A program made the position numbers and the translations under genes. A DNA stretch of 64,000 bases from Actinomycetota bacterium (GTDB taxonomy: Bacteria; Actinomycetota; JAHEXW01; JAGVPG01). A model generated the notes under the pieces. It saw only the letters and a program-made list of their open reading frames with translations, was not told the origin of the DNA and made no database searches. The stretch covers positions 129,811 through 193,810 of the forward strand of contig JAGVPG010000021.1 in NCBI GenBank assembly GCA_020052375.1, read 5' to 3'. Below, one piece after another: positions 45,191 to 53,635 of the stretch. Every line of letters starts with the position of its first letter. The stretch's first letter is position 1.

Positions 45191-46606
45191 TTACGGCTGC
45201 AACTCTTTCCAATTGATAACGCGCGAGATGAATACGTCTCCCGGCTGCGTTATCCCGTACATGCTCGTCACAGCCGGATCGTACTGTATGATTATGCTGG
45301 AGTTGTCGTTCACTATGCTGGCCGCTGTTTGAACGCCGCTGGCCATCAACGCGCCCTTGATCCTTACCGAGGATTGCTGCTCGCTATATGTGTTTTCCGA
45401 GTACACAAGCCCGTCGATCTGCATAGTACCCCTATCGACCACTTTTGCGTCTTGCGTAGTAGACGAATACGTGCATAATCCAGGATATTTCTTGCTTTCT
45501 TCAGTGTTATGGGATATGACCAGCGATGCCCGGTTGGCCAGCTGAAGCGCGGGGTCGGATTCGGCTATATTGTCCTTTATGATAAAGCCGCCGTTGGTTA
45601 TCGTCAGGTTCTTGTTGTTCGGCAAGCTGACATCACCGTCGACATAGATCATTCCCTGTATCGTTATGTTGTTGCTCGTGTTTAGGACCTTCGTTATAAA
45701 ATCAGCCGCCGTATATACGCCATTGCCGCTTGACGAGTTCTTCGTTCCATTAGACGTATTTGCCGCCGCCATCGCTTTATATGAGGTCTCATAAGGCGGC
45801 CCTTCAAAGTTCAATGTCGGGAATGTGATCGGATTTGCCAGACGAAGTATGCTGTTCATCCACACATAGCGGCATTTATCATGCAGTTCGGCATATGTGG
45901 ACACATAAGAGTTCACGGCCCACACCTGTGACCCGGGACCCGCTGTCACTATGTCGCCCATAGGGACCGCCGGATTTCCGAACAGCGCATCATATGTGTT
46001 CTGTTCTCCCTGCTGACTGCCGCGGTCGTTCAACCTTATGGCCGCGTCATTGAAGAAGATATTATAGTTGGATCCGAAATCGCCGCCTTTCGCGTTCGCC
46101 GCCCTGTAATCCATTGGGGCCATATATGTCCTGGCTGTTGCGCCCCTGATATCTATCCATGAGAACGCGTACATACCGTATGACAGGACACGCGGCGCCA
46201 CCTCTACCGTCGCCTGTATCTTTCTGACTACCGTTGCCGGATAAGTGCTGTTCTTTCTCGGACTATATCCGGTCACAGTGACTTTTCTCTGGGTGGGCTG
46301 CCCTGTCACGTTCTCAAGGACGATCTCGTATTCCCCGCCCTGGACTGTTCCGGTTGCCGGACTAGTCTCCGGCGCCGTAAAACCCGGCACATATGTTATC
46401 TTCCAGAAAGCGGAGTTCATTCCCGCTTCGGCGACATTGAGGGCCTCGCTGGATCTTTTATCCCTGCCCGTCGATGTCATCTGTGTCGTAGTCAGCGCCA
46501 TTACCGCTACCGCGAACGTGTCTAGTATCAGCATAGCCGCCAATGCGGCTATCAACGCCGATCCGGTTTGTCCGTTTATCAGCTTCCTGATCCTATTTTT
46601 ATACAT
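45191..46606 (-). CDS. large PilX/PilK-like pilus-associated protein (minor-pilin module 1)
   Basis: 471 aa. N-terminus NGQTGSALIAALAAMLILDTFAVAVMAL is PilX_N-like. It shares an IYVDGD motif with the 434-aa paralog and follows the PilV/PilW-like genes. Confidence 0.55.
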   Translation of the reverse strand: MYKNRIRKLINGQTGSALIAALAAMLILDTFAVAVMALTTTQMTSTGRDKRSSEALNVAEAGMNSAFWKITYVPGFTAPETSPATGTVQGGEYEIVLENVTGQPTQRKVTVTGYSPRKNSTYPATVVRKIQATVEVAPRVLSYGMYAFSWIDIRGATARTYMAPMDYRAANAKGGDFGSNYNIFFNDAAIRLNDRGSQQGEQNTYDALFGNPAVPMGDIVTAGPGSQVWAVNSYVSTYAELHDKCRYVWMNSILRLANPITFPTLNFEGPPYETSYKAMAAANTSNGTKNSSSGNGVYTAADFITKVLNTSNNITIQGMIYVDGDVSLPNNKNLTITNGGFIIKDNIAESDPALQLANRASLVISHNTEESKKYPGLCTYSSTTQDAKVVDRGTMQIDGLVYSENTYSEQQSSVRIKGALMASGVQTAASIVNDNSSIIIQYDPAVTSMYGITQPGDVFISRVINWKELQP

Positions 46607-46620
46607 TTTGTTCTCTTTCC

Positions 46621-46670
46621 TCTTCCCGCTTTCCGATTTCCGCTTTCCGTTTTCCGTTTTCCGTTTTTCG
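46621..46670. repeat. imperfect heptanucleotide tandem repeat, (AAANCGG)x6 on the coding strand, in the 70-nt leader of the PilX/K-like gene
   Basis: Plus strand reads CCGCTTT CCGATTT CCGCTTT CCGTTTT CCGTTTT CCGTTTT. Confidence 0.7.
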
Positions 46671-46676
46671 TCCCTC

Positions 46677-47306
46677 TTAGTATGTAAAATTCCTTAGCTT
46701 GACAAACGTCTGGTTTTCCGCAGCCACCGGTGCTTTTGCAGTATCACTATCTATCCTAAGCCATACCCTGATCACCTTTGTCATGTTGATGACATTGTCC
46801 TGATAGTTGTTCGGATCCAAAGGCTGCGTAAGACTCGTGCCATAATATGTAAATACCGGCTCGCCGCTGGTATTTACGAGATCTTCGACAATGAGCTGGG
46901 ATTGTGAGTTCTCGAAAGCCATCTGGCCCGTGAGGTTGACCTTTTTTGTTACCTTTTTCGCATATCTGTCCACCGTCAGTTGTATGGCCTCCGCAGTGCC
47001 GTCATTGTTAAGATCCGCTTTGAACACAAGGATCTCGATACTCGAATAGTTGGCCACCGACAAAAGCGGTGATTCGGCCTGTCTTATCTCTTTTACCAGG
47101 ATCTGGTCAGCATTCCTCACCTTATCCTGCGCGTCCATCTGATGCGTTTGGAACACATAGTTGTTCATCGCCGTCTCGATGATCGCCAGGACCGAGCCGA
47201 GCACGACCACCATCATCACGGCCACGATCAACACCTCGACCAGTGATGTGCCTTTTTCGCCTTTTTCGCCTTTTTCCCTTTTTAGCAATCCTCGTATATA
47301 AGCCAT
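46677..47306 (-). CDS. prepilin-type minor pilin (PilW-like)
   Basis: KG|TSLVEVLIVAVMMVVVLGSVLAII class III signal; 209 aa. Confidence 0.55.
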   Translation of the reverse strand: MAYIRGLLKREKGEKGEKGTSLVEVLIVAVMMVVVLGSVLAIIETAMNNYVFQTHQMDAQDKVRNADQILVKEIRQAESPLLSVANYSSIEILVFKADLNNDGTAEAIQLTVDRYAKKVTKKVNLTGQMAFENSQSQLIVEDLVNTSGEPVFTYYGTSLTQPLDPNNYQDNVINMTKVIRVWLRIDSDTAKAPVAAENQTFVKLRNFTY

Positions 47307-47320
47307 GCGATCACCTTCAC

Positions 47321-48391
47321 CTAATAAGGCGTTGTAACGCTTACTTGCTCTGAGATACCGGACTCGTTGCCGGCCGCATCGACAGCCGTCAATCTATACA
47401 GATACGTGGTCCCGGCCGTTGCCGTCGTATCATAAAAGATGGGACTCGTCGCTGTCGCTATGGGATTGGATTGCCAGGCCGATCCCGATTTCGTCCTGAA
47501 CACATTATAGTGGTCCACGCCTGCGTTATCCGTTGAAGCGGTCCAGGTGAGTTTGACCTGCGTACTGCTTACAGGCACAGCTACCAGGTCCGTCGGGATC
47601 GATGGCGCCACAGTATCGGCAAGACCTGTCATCATCACAGCATTGGAAGCCACGGACACAAGGCCTGCCGCATCGAACGCCTTTAAATAATAGTGATATA
47701 AAAGACCCGGCGTATAATATATGTCTTGAAAATAACCCACACTCGGCGCTACCGTCGATATCAACAGGTAACCGTTTGTTCCTTCCTGTCTATATATCAG
47801 GTAACCGACGACACCCTGGTTATCCGTTGCCCAGTTCGGACTCCACTGTAGATAATTACACAATGTCGGGGTCGCTTGAGCGCCTCCACTCAATGGGCTG
47901 GATGTCGGCCATGTCGGCGGTGCCGTATCCCCGCTTTGCGACGCGGGTGGTACCGGGTTCTTGTTGATCATCGTCTCCAGCACGACTTGCCCAGCCGGTT
48001 TCGGTGAAGTCCATGACACAGTCACCGCCACCTTCTTATAATCGTTCGGATCGGCATCTACGCCCGGCGACACCGGATCGTCCCCGGGATCGTTCACATA
48101 CGTGACCGCATATGCCAACGTATAATGGGCATTACCTCGCGTTGCGGTTGTTCCAAGGACTTGCTGAAGGTAAGTGACCGCTATCTGGTCGTATGAGATG
48201 CTTCTCACAGATTCGATCTTCTCGCTGGCCAGCAGGTTTGCGTATGTGCGCGTTTTCGACCTGCTTGCGGTCGTCATGCTCATGTCGAACATCGAGACCG
48301 CAAATATCACTCCTAGCGACAATAGCATTATTGCCGCTAAAAGTTCCGTAACCGTAAAACCGTTCTCGCAGCTAGAACGCCTATTTTGCAT
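47321..48391 (-). CDS. PilV-like prepilin with C-terminal fibronectin type III-like domain
   Basis: NG|FTVTELLAAIMLLSLGVIF prepilin motif. ADPNDYKKVAVTVSW PilV motif. C-terminal Fn3-like segment (YLYRLTAVDAAGNES). Confidence 0.65.
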   Translation of the reverse strand: MQNRRSSCENGFTVTELLAAIMLLSLGVIFAVSMFDMSMTTASRSKTRTYANLLASEKIESVRSISYDQIAVTYLQQVLGTTATRGNAHYTLAYAVTYVNDPGDDPVSPGVDADPNDYKKVAVTVSWTSPKPAGQVVLETMINKNPVPPASQSGDTAPPTWPTSSPLSGGAQATPTLCNYLQWSPNWATDNQGVVGYLIYRQEGTNGYLLISTVAPSVGYFQDIYYTPGLLYHYYLKAFDAAGLVSVASNAVMMTGLADTVAPSIPTDLVAVPVSSTQVKLTWTASTDNAGVDHYNVFRTKSGSAWQSNPIATATSPIFYDTTATAGTTYLYRLTAVDAAGNESGISEQVSVTTPY

Positions 48392-48501
48392 CTTATTATC
48401 CTTTACCTTTTTCTTCCCTATCTCTATATCGGCATATTGACTCTAATAACTTTAGTTTTAAGAAGAAGTCTTCGAGAGAAGATAAGATCAACAGGTAAGG
48501 A

Positions 48502-48915
48502 TTAGAAGTTATAAGCTATCGCCAGGCCCGCAGCCTTAGTCGCCGTATATACGGTGCCGTCTTTCGCAGTCACAGTCATGACATAGGTATCGGCCCCTAT
48601 CCCGCTTATATAGACTGTGTTCGGAAGCGCTCCTGCGCCATCGGCGAATGCGATGCTCTGTTCATACTGGTTGTGTAGTATAGCCGCTGTCATGCCGGAA
48701 TAGTCGCTCGAATGATCTGTGCCATATACGCCCGCCGCTGAAACGCCGTTTCTTAGAGAGCTTTTAGCTTGTGCCTGGTAACCTTTGTTTCTAAGAAGGA
48801 CGAATGATGGGATAGCGATCGCTACGAGGATGCCGATGATAAGGATGACCACCATCAACTCGACAAGCGTGAATCCAGTTTCTTCCCGTACCGGCTTTTT
48901 TATCTTACCCATCAT
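48502..48915 (-). CDS. type IV major pilin paralog 2
   Basis: Leader MMGKIKKPVREETG|FTLVELMVVILIIGILVAIAIP. Start chosen at ATG 48915, 6 nt after the GAGGTG SD; 137 aa. Own AT-rich upstream region. Confidence 0.85.
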   Translation of the reverse strand: MMGKIKKPVREETGFTLVELMVVILIIGILVAIAIPSFVLLRNKGYQAQAKSSLRNGVSAAGVYGTDHSSDYSGMTAAILHNQYEQSIAFADGAGALPNTVYISGIGADTYVMTVTAKDGTVYTATKAAGLAIAYNF

Positions 48916-49029
48916 GACCATCACCTCTAAAATACTATCCATGACGGCCGCTATTCTCTCTACTAATATATTATCGTACAATATCATAATATATGTTAAT
49001 ACTATGATATGTAGTTATTATAGCATAAT

Positions 49030-49065
49030 GCGAAAAGGCGGCCCTTATCGGCCGCCTTTTCGGAC
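49030..49065 (-). terminator. rho-independent terminator between the two pilin genes
   Basis: GC-rich hairpin AAAGGCGGCC-GATAAG-GGCCGCCTTT flanked by T-runs. Confidence 0.6.
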
Positions 49066-49093
49066 TCCTTGTGTTTCTTCAATACTTTGAGCC

Positions 49094-49507
49094 TTAGAAG
49101 TTGTAGGTTATACCCGCGCCAGCCGCCTTCGTAGCGGTGTAAACCGAACCGTCCCTCGCGGTAACGGTTAGGACGTACGCGTCTGCGCCAAGACCGCTGA
49201 TGTATACGGTATTGACAACTGCACCTGCACCATCCGCGAATGTTACGCTAGCTTCATACTCATTATGCAGTATCGCCGCAGTCATGCCTGTGTAGTCGCC
49301 TTCATGGTCTGTTCCATATGCAGCAGAAGCGGTCACACCGTTACGCAGATTGCTCTTAGCTTGCGCCTGGTAACCCCTGTTCCTGATGGCTATGAAGGAC
49401 GGGACAGCGATAGCGATCAGGATACCGATGATAAGAATAACGACCATTAACTCGATGAGCGTGAATCCGCCTTCCCCCCGCATAGCCTTCTTGATCTTTG
49501 ATAACAT
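49094..49507 (-). CDS. type IV major pilin paralog 1
   Basis: Leader MLSKIKKAMRGEGG|FTLIELMVVILIIGILIAIAVP; 137 aa. C-terminus YTATKAAGAGITYNF is nearly identical to paralog 2. SD GGAGGGAGGTGG. Confidence 0.85.
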   Translation of the reverse strand: MLSKIKKAMRGEGGFTLIELMVVILIIGILIAIAVPSFIAIRNRGYQAQAKSNLRNGVTASAAYGTDHEGDYTGMTAAILHNEYEASVTFADGAGAVVNTVYISGLGADAYVLTVTARDGSVYTATKAAGAGITYNF

Positions 49508-49630
49508 GCCTTTCCACCTCCCTCCGTTTTTAGTATGCCTTTGCTGAAGATCGCATGTTGTACATCTCTCGCTAGTAACTTTCGGAAAACTCGACCTATA
49601 ACTTTAGTAATTTCTTAAATATTTACATTA

Positions 49631-50845
49631 TTACTCGATCAAGCTTGCCATCTGGAACATCGGCAGATACAGAGATATCAGGATGCCGCCGATCAATCCG
49701 CCGACGAATATGATCATCAGGGGCTCTATAAGGGATGTCAGCGCTTCGACCGCAGTGGCGACCTCTTTGTCATAAAAGTCGGCTATCTTCAGAAGCATTG
49801 TGTCCATGGCACCGGACTCTTCGCCTACCGATATCATCTGGACTACCATAGGCGGAAATATCTTGCTGCCGGATAGCGGCTTGGCTATCGTCTCACCTTC
49901 CTTGACAGCTATCCTGACCTTTCCTACCTCGGCCGAGATCTCCATGTTGTTTACGGTCTTCTCCACGACCTCGAGGGATTCCAGGATCGGTACGCCTGCC
50001 GATGACAGTACACCCAAAGTCCTCGCAAATCTTGACAGCGCTTGTTGCTTTATCAATTTACCGAATACGGGCGCTCTGATCTTGAACGAATCCCACTTAT
50101 AATGTACGGACGGTACTTTAATGGCTCTTCGTATTCCGATATAGACGGCGATCGTCCCCGGGACCGCTATCATCCACGTAGCTCTTACAAAAGCGCTCAA
50201 CCAGACAAGCATCTGCGTAGGGATAGGAAGCTGCCCTCCCAGAGTCTTGAACATATCCGCGAATATCGGGACTATGAACGTGACCATGACCAACACCAAT
50301 ACTATAGACATGATGAACATCAACACAGGGTAAGCCATGGCTGATTTTATCCGCTTCTTCAGCTCTTCCGATTTCTCAAGGTTCTCCGCGATGTTCAAAA
50401 GGACGTCGTCAAGAATACCGCCCGTCTCTCCCGCTTTCACCATGCTTACGTAAAGTGTGTTGAAGACTTTCGGATGCTTATCGAGGGCTGCAGATAGTGC
50501 AAGCCCGCCTTCTACATCCCTAAGCACTTCCTGAACGGTCGAGGCAAGTCCCGGATTCTCCGTCTGCTCTCCCAGGATCCCCAGGCATCTTGCCAGCGGC
50601 AGGCCCGCGTTTATCATGGTCGCGAACTGCCGGCTGAAAACAACAAGCTCACCGCTCTTGACCTTCTTGCCTCCGCCCAGAGAGAAATTGAAACCGCCTG
50701 CCTGCCTTTGGGCTTGAAGATTACTGATGATATAGCCTTGCCGCCTTAACGATTCGGCTACTGCGGTTTCGTTGTCTCCCTCCAGCGTCCCGGTTATCAC
50801 CTTGCCAACGCGGTCTCTGGCGGTATATGCGTAAGTGGTCGCCAT
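49631..50845 (-). CDS. pilC: type IV pilus inner-membrane platform protein PilC (GspF family)
   Basis: 404 aa with two T2SSF repeats. Confidence 0.88.
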   Translation of the reverse strand: MATTYAYTARDRVGKVITGTLEGDNETAVAESLRRQGYIISNLQAQRQAGGFNFSLGGGKKVKSGELVVFSRQFATMINAGLPLARCLGILGEQTENPGLASTVQEVLRDVEGGLALSAALDKHPKVFNTLYVSMVKAGETGGILDDVLLNIAENLEKSEELKKRIKSAMAYPVLMFIMSIVLVLVMVTFIVPIFADMFKTLGGQLPIPTQMLVWLSAFVRATWMIAVPGTIAVYIGIRRAIKVPSVHYKWDSFKIRAPVFGKLIKQQALSRFARTLGVLSSAGVPILESLEVVEKTVNNMEISAEVGKVRIAVKEGETIAKPLSGSKIFPPMVVQMISVGEESGAMDTMLLKIADFYDKEVATAVEALTSLIEPLMIIFVGGLIGGILISLYLPMFQMASLIE

Positions 50846-50860
50846 CTTTCCCTCCTCGTC

Positions 50861-51916
50861 TTACCCGATTAGTCGTTTAAGAGCGTCGGGGTCTATGGCT
50901 CTCTGTATCGCGGTTTCATATGAGACTACATTCTTCTTAACCATGGTAGCTAAAGATTGATCCATAGTCTGCATGCCAACATTATATCCCGCTTGCATGG
51001 CCGATACAATCTGATGTGTTTTCTGATCCCGGATCATGTTTCTGATGGCCGGGGTGGCTATCAACACCTCTACTGCCGCTACTCTCGAGCCACCCTGTTT
51101 GGTGGACAGTAACTGTTGTGCCATGATAGCCTGCAGGGTGCCCGCGAGCTGTATTCTGATCTGGTGTTGCTGTGTCGGCGGGAACACGTCTATTATACGG
51201 TCTATGCTGCCCGCCGCATCCTGGGTATGTAATGTAGCAAATACCAGGTGGCCCGTTTCCGCCGCCGTAAGAGCGATGGCGATCGTCTCCAGATCGCGCA
51301 TCTCGCCGATCAGTATGACGTCCGGGTCCTGCCTTAGTACATGCCGTAGCGCACTCGCGAACGAGTGTGTGTCTATTCCTACTTCTCTCTGGTTGATCAT
51401 GCTTTTATCGTGTTTATGCAAGAATTCTATCGGGTCTTCGATAGTCAATATATGTTCGCCTCTGGATCGGTTTATTATATCGATGATCGCCGCCAGCGTC
51501 GTCGACTTACCGCTTCCTGTAGGCCCCGTCACCAGTACGAAACCCCTTGGTTTTTGAGCCAGTGTTTCTACGATCGGCGGTAATCCGAGTTCCCTGGGAT
51601 TCTTGATCAAAGGAGGTATCAATCGCAGCGCGGAAGCCAGGTTCCCTTGTTGCCAGTAGACGTTTATACGGAATCTTCCCTTTTCCCCTATGGAGTATGA
51701 GAAGTCAAGTTCCCTATCCGCCTCGAGCTTCCTTCTCTGGCCGTCACTTAGGATCTCGTATATCAGTCTCTTTACGTCGTCGTTCGTGAGGACCGGATGG
51801 TCCGTATGCGTCAGCTTCCCGTGTATCCTTAAGACCGGCGGTATGCCTACTGTAAGATGCAAGTCCGATGCTTCCTTGTCCATCACCTCGGTCATGAGTG
51901 TTTCGATCTCTGGCAT
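50861..51916 (-). CDS. pilT: type IV pilus retraction ATPase PilT
   Basis: 351 aa. Walker A GPTGSGKSTT, Asp box, His box and the PilT-specific C-terminus. Confidence 0.9.
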   Translation of the reverse strand: MPEIETLMTEVMDKEASDLHLTVGIPPVLRIHGKLTHTDHPVLTNDDVKRLIYEILSDGQRRKLEADRELDFSYSIGEKGRFRINVYWQQGNLASALRLIPPLIKNPRELGLPPIVETLAQKPRGFVLVTGPTGSGKSTTLAAIIDIINRSRGEHILTIEDPIEFLHKHDKSMINQREVGIDTHSFASALRHVLRQDPDVILIGEMRDLETIAIALTAAETGHLVFATLHTQDAAGSIDRIIDVFPPTQQHQIRIQLAGTLQAIMAQQLLSTKQGGSRVAAVEVLIATPAIRNMIRDQKTHQIVSAMQAGYNVGMQTMDQSLATMVKKNVVSYETAIQRAIDPDALKRLIG

Positions 51917-51941
51917 GTTTCCTCCTTAGACTATTATATTA

Positions 51942-53633
51942 TTATGCGATCACTCTCAGTATCTCTTCGAGAGAAGTCACACCCATCCTTACTTTTTCAA
52001 ATCCGTCTTGTCTCAACGTGAGCATTCCTTCCTTTTGGGACTGCTTTCCTATTTCATCGGAAGACGCTCTGTCTACAGACATCCTCTCGATCTCCTCGCT
52101 TACAAGCATGACTTCATATACACCGATTCTTCCTTTATACCCGGTCTTTTTACATTTACCGCAACCTTTAGCTCTGTAGAATGTCAGTTTTTCCCCCTTC
52201 TCGAAAGGAAAACCGCATTTCTCAAGCACTTCTTGTTCCGGTGTATACGCTTCTTTGCAGCTGGGACATAGCTTCCTCGCCAATCTCTGCGCTACCACGC
52301 ATGCAAGGGCTGATGCGCTTAAGAACGGTTCTACGCCCATCTCGGTGAGGCGGGTAAGCGCTTGCGGCGCATCGTTGGTGTGTAGCGTAGCCAGCACCAG
52401 GTGCCCTGTCAGAGCACTCTCGATGGCTATCATCGCTGTCTCTCTGTCTCTTATCTCACCGATCATAACTATGTCGGGGTCGTTTCTTAAGATCGACCTC
52501 AAAGCGGAGGCAAAAGTCAATCCCGCTTTGGGATTGACCTGTATCTGCATCAGGCCGGCTATCTTATACTCTACAGGATCCTCTACTGTGATCAGCTTTT
52601 TCTCGATGGAGTTCAGCTTGTTCAATGCCGCGTACAGAGTAGTAGTCTTTCCGCACCCGCTTGGCCCGCAGACCATTATCGCGCCGTATGGTTTGCTGAA
52701 CGATGACCTGTATCTTTTAACGGCATCGGGCAAAAACCCAAGTTCTTCCAGGTCGATGCGGATGCTCTCCTTCTCGAGTATCCTCATGACTGTCTTCTCG
52801 CCATAGACGGTAGGTAGAGTCGTCACGCGTACATCTACTGTCTTTCCGCCGATCATAAGCCCTATGCGTCCGTCCTGCGGCACCCTGGTCTCGGCGATGT
52901 TCATATCAGCCATGATCTTGATCCTCGATGCCAGGCCTGCTTGCACACGCTTCGGAGGCCTCATGACCTCGTGCAATACCCCATCTATCCGGTATCGTAT
53001 CCTGACATCTTTCTCCTGCGGTTCTATATGGATATCGGACGCCCTGTCCGTGACCGCCTGGTTTATTATCAGGTTCACCAACTTCACGATCGGCGCGTCG
53101 TCTATCGTCTCGGCAGCCTGGCCGACTCCTTCTTCGGTCTCCTCGCCGAGCTCCGCTCCGATCTCCTCCACTGTCTGTTCGACCACATCGTCGGCCTTAG
53201 AGTATCGCTGTATCGCTTCGAGTATGTCGTCTTTTGTGCTTACGACCGCTTTGATCTCAAAGCCGGTCATCATCCTGAGGTCATCGAACACAAAGACGTC
53301 TGTCGGATTCGCGACCGCAACGAGGAGTTTTCCGTCTTCGAACCCGATCGGTAGAACAAGGTTCTTCTTTGCTATCCTTTCCGGTACCAGCGCCACCGCA
53401 CTCAGGTCTATCTTGAATTCCGCCAGGTCGACAAAATCAAGCCCGAGCTGGCTGGCCAGGATATCCAAAAGCTGGTTCTCTGTAACCAGGCCGTTCTTCA
53501 CTAGGACCCTGCCCAACGGCTCGCCTTTTGCTCTTTGCTCCTCAAGGGCTTCATTCAGTTGTTCTTTTGTTATCGCACCCTTTGCGACCAGCAGGTCTCC
53601 CAGCTGCCGCCTAGTTTCTTTCATCACAGCCAC
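51942..53633 (-). CDS. type IV pilus assembly ATPase PilB/GspE, paralog A
   Basis: 563 aa. N-terminal GSPII_E_N domain, Walker A GPSGCGKTTT, tetracysteine CPSCK...CGKCKKTGYKGRIG. Confidence 0.88.
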   Translation of the reverse strand: MAVMKETRRQLGDLLVAKGAITKEQLNEALEEQRAKGEPLGRVLVKNGLVTENQLLDILASQLGLDFVDLAEFKIDLSAVALVPERIAKKNLVLPIGFEDGKLLVAVANPTDVFVFDDLRMMTGFEIKAVVSTKDDILEAIQRYSKADDVVEQTVEEIGAELGEETEEGVGQAAETIDDAPIVKLVNLIINQAVTDRASDIHIEPQEKDVRIRYRIDGVLHEVMRPPKRVQAGLASRIKIMADMNIAETRVPQDGRIGLMIGGKTVDVRVTTLPTVYGEKTVMRILEKESIRIDLEELGFLPDAVKRYRSSFSKPYGAIMVCGPSGCGKTTTLYAALNKLNSIEKKLITVEDPVEYKIAGLMQIQVNPKAGLTFASALRSILRNDPDIVMIGEIRDRETAMIAIESALTGHLVLATLHTNDAPQALTRLTEMGVEPFLSASALACVVAQRLARKLCPSCKEAYTPEQEVLEKCGFPFEKGEKLTFYRAKGCGKCKKTGYKGRIGVYEVMLVSEEIERMSVDRASSDEIGKQSQKEGMLTLRQDGFEKVRMGVTSLEEILRVIA

Positions 53634-53635
53634 CT

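Noticed and set aside
45140-45478. 112-aa plus-strand ORF beginning inside the heptamer repeat downstream of the PilX/K-like gene.
   Set aside because: It overlaps the minus-strand PilX/K-like coding sequence antisense, has no start context or SD, and its N-terminus is translated from the CTTGCTT repeat. Spurious.
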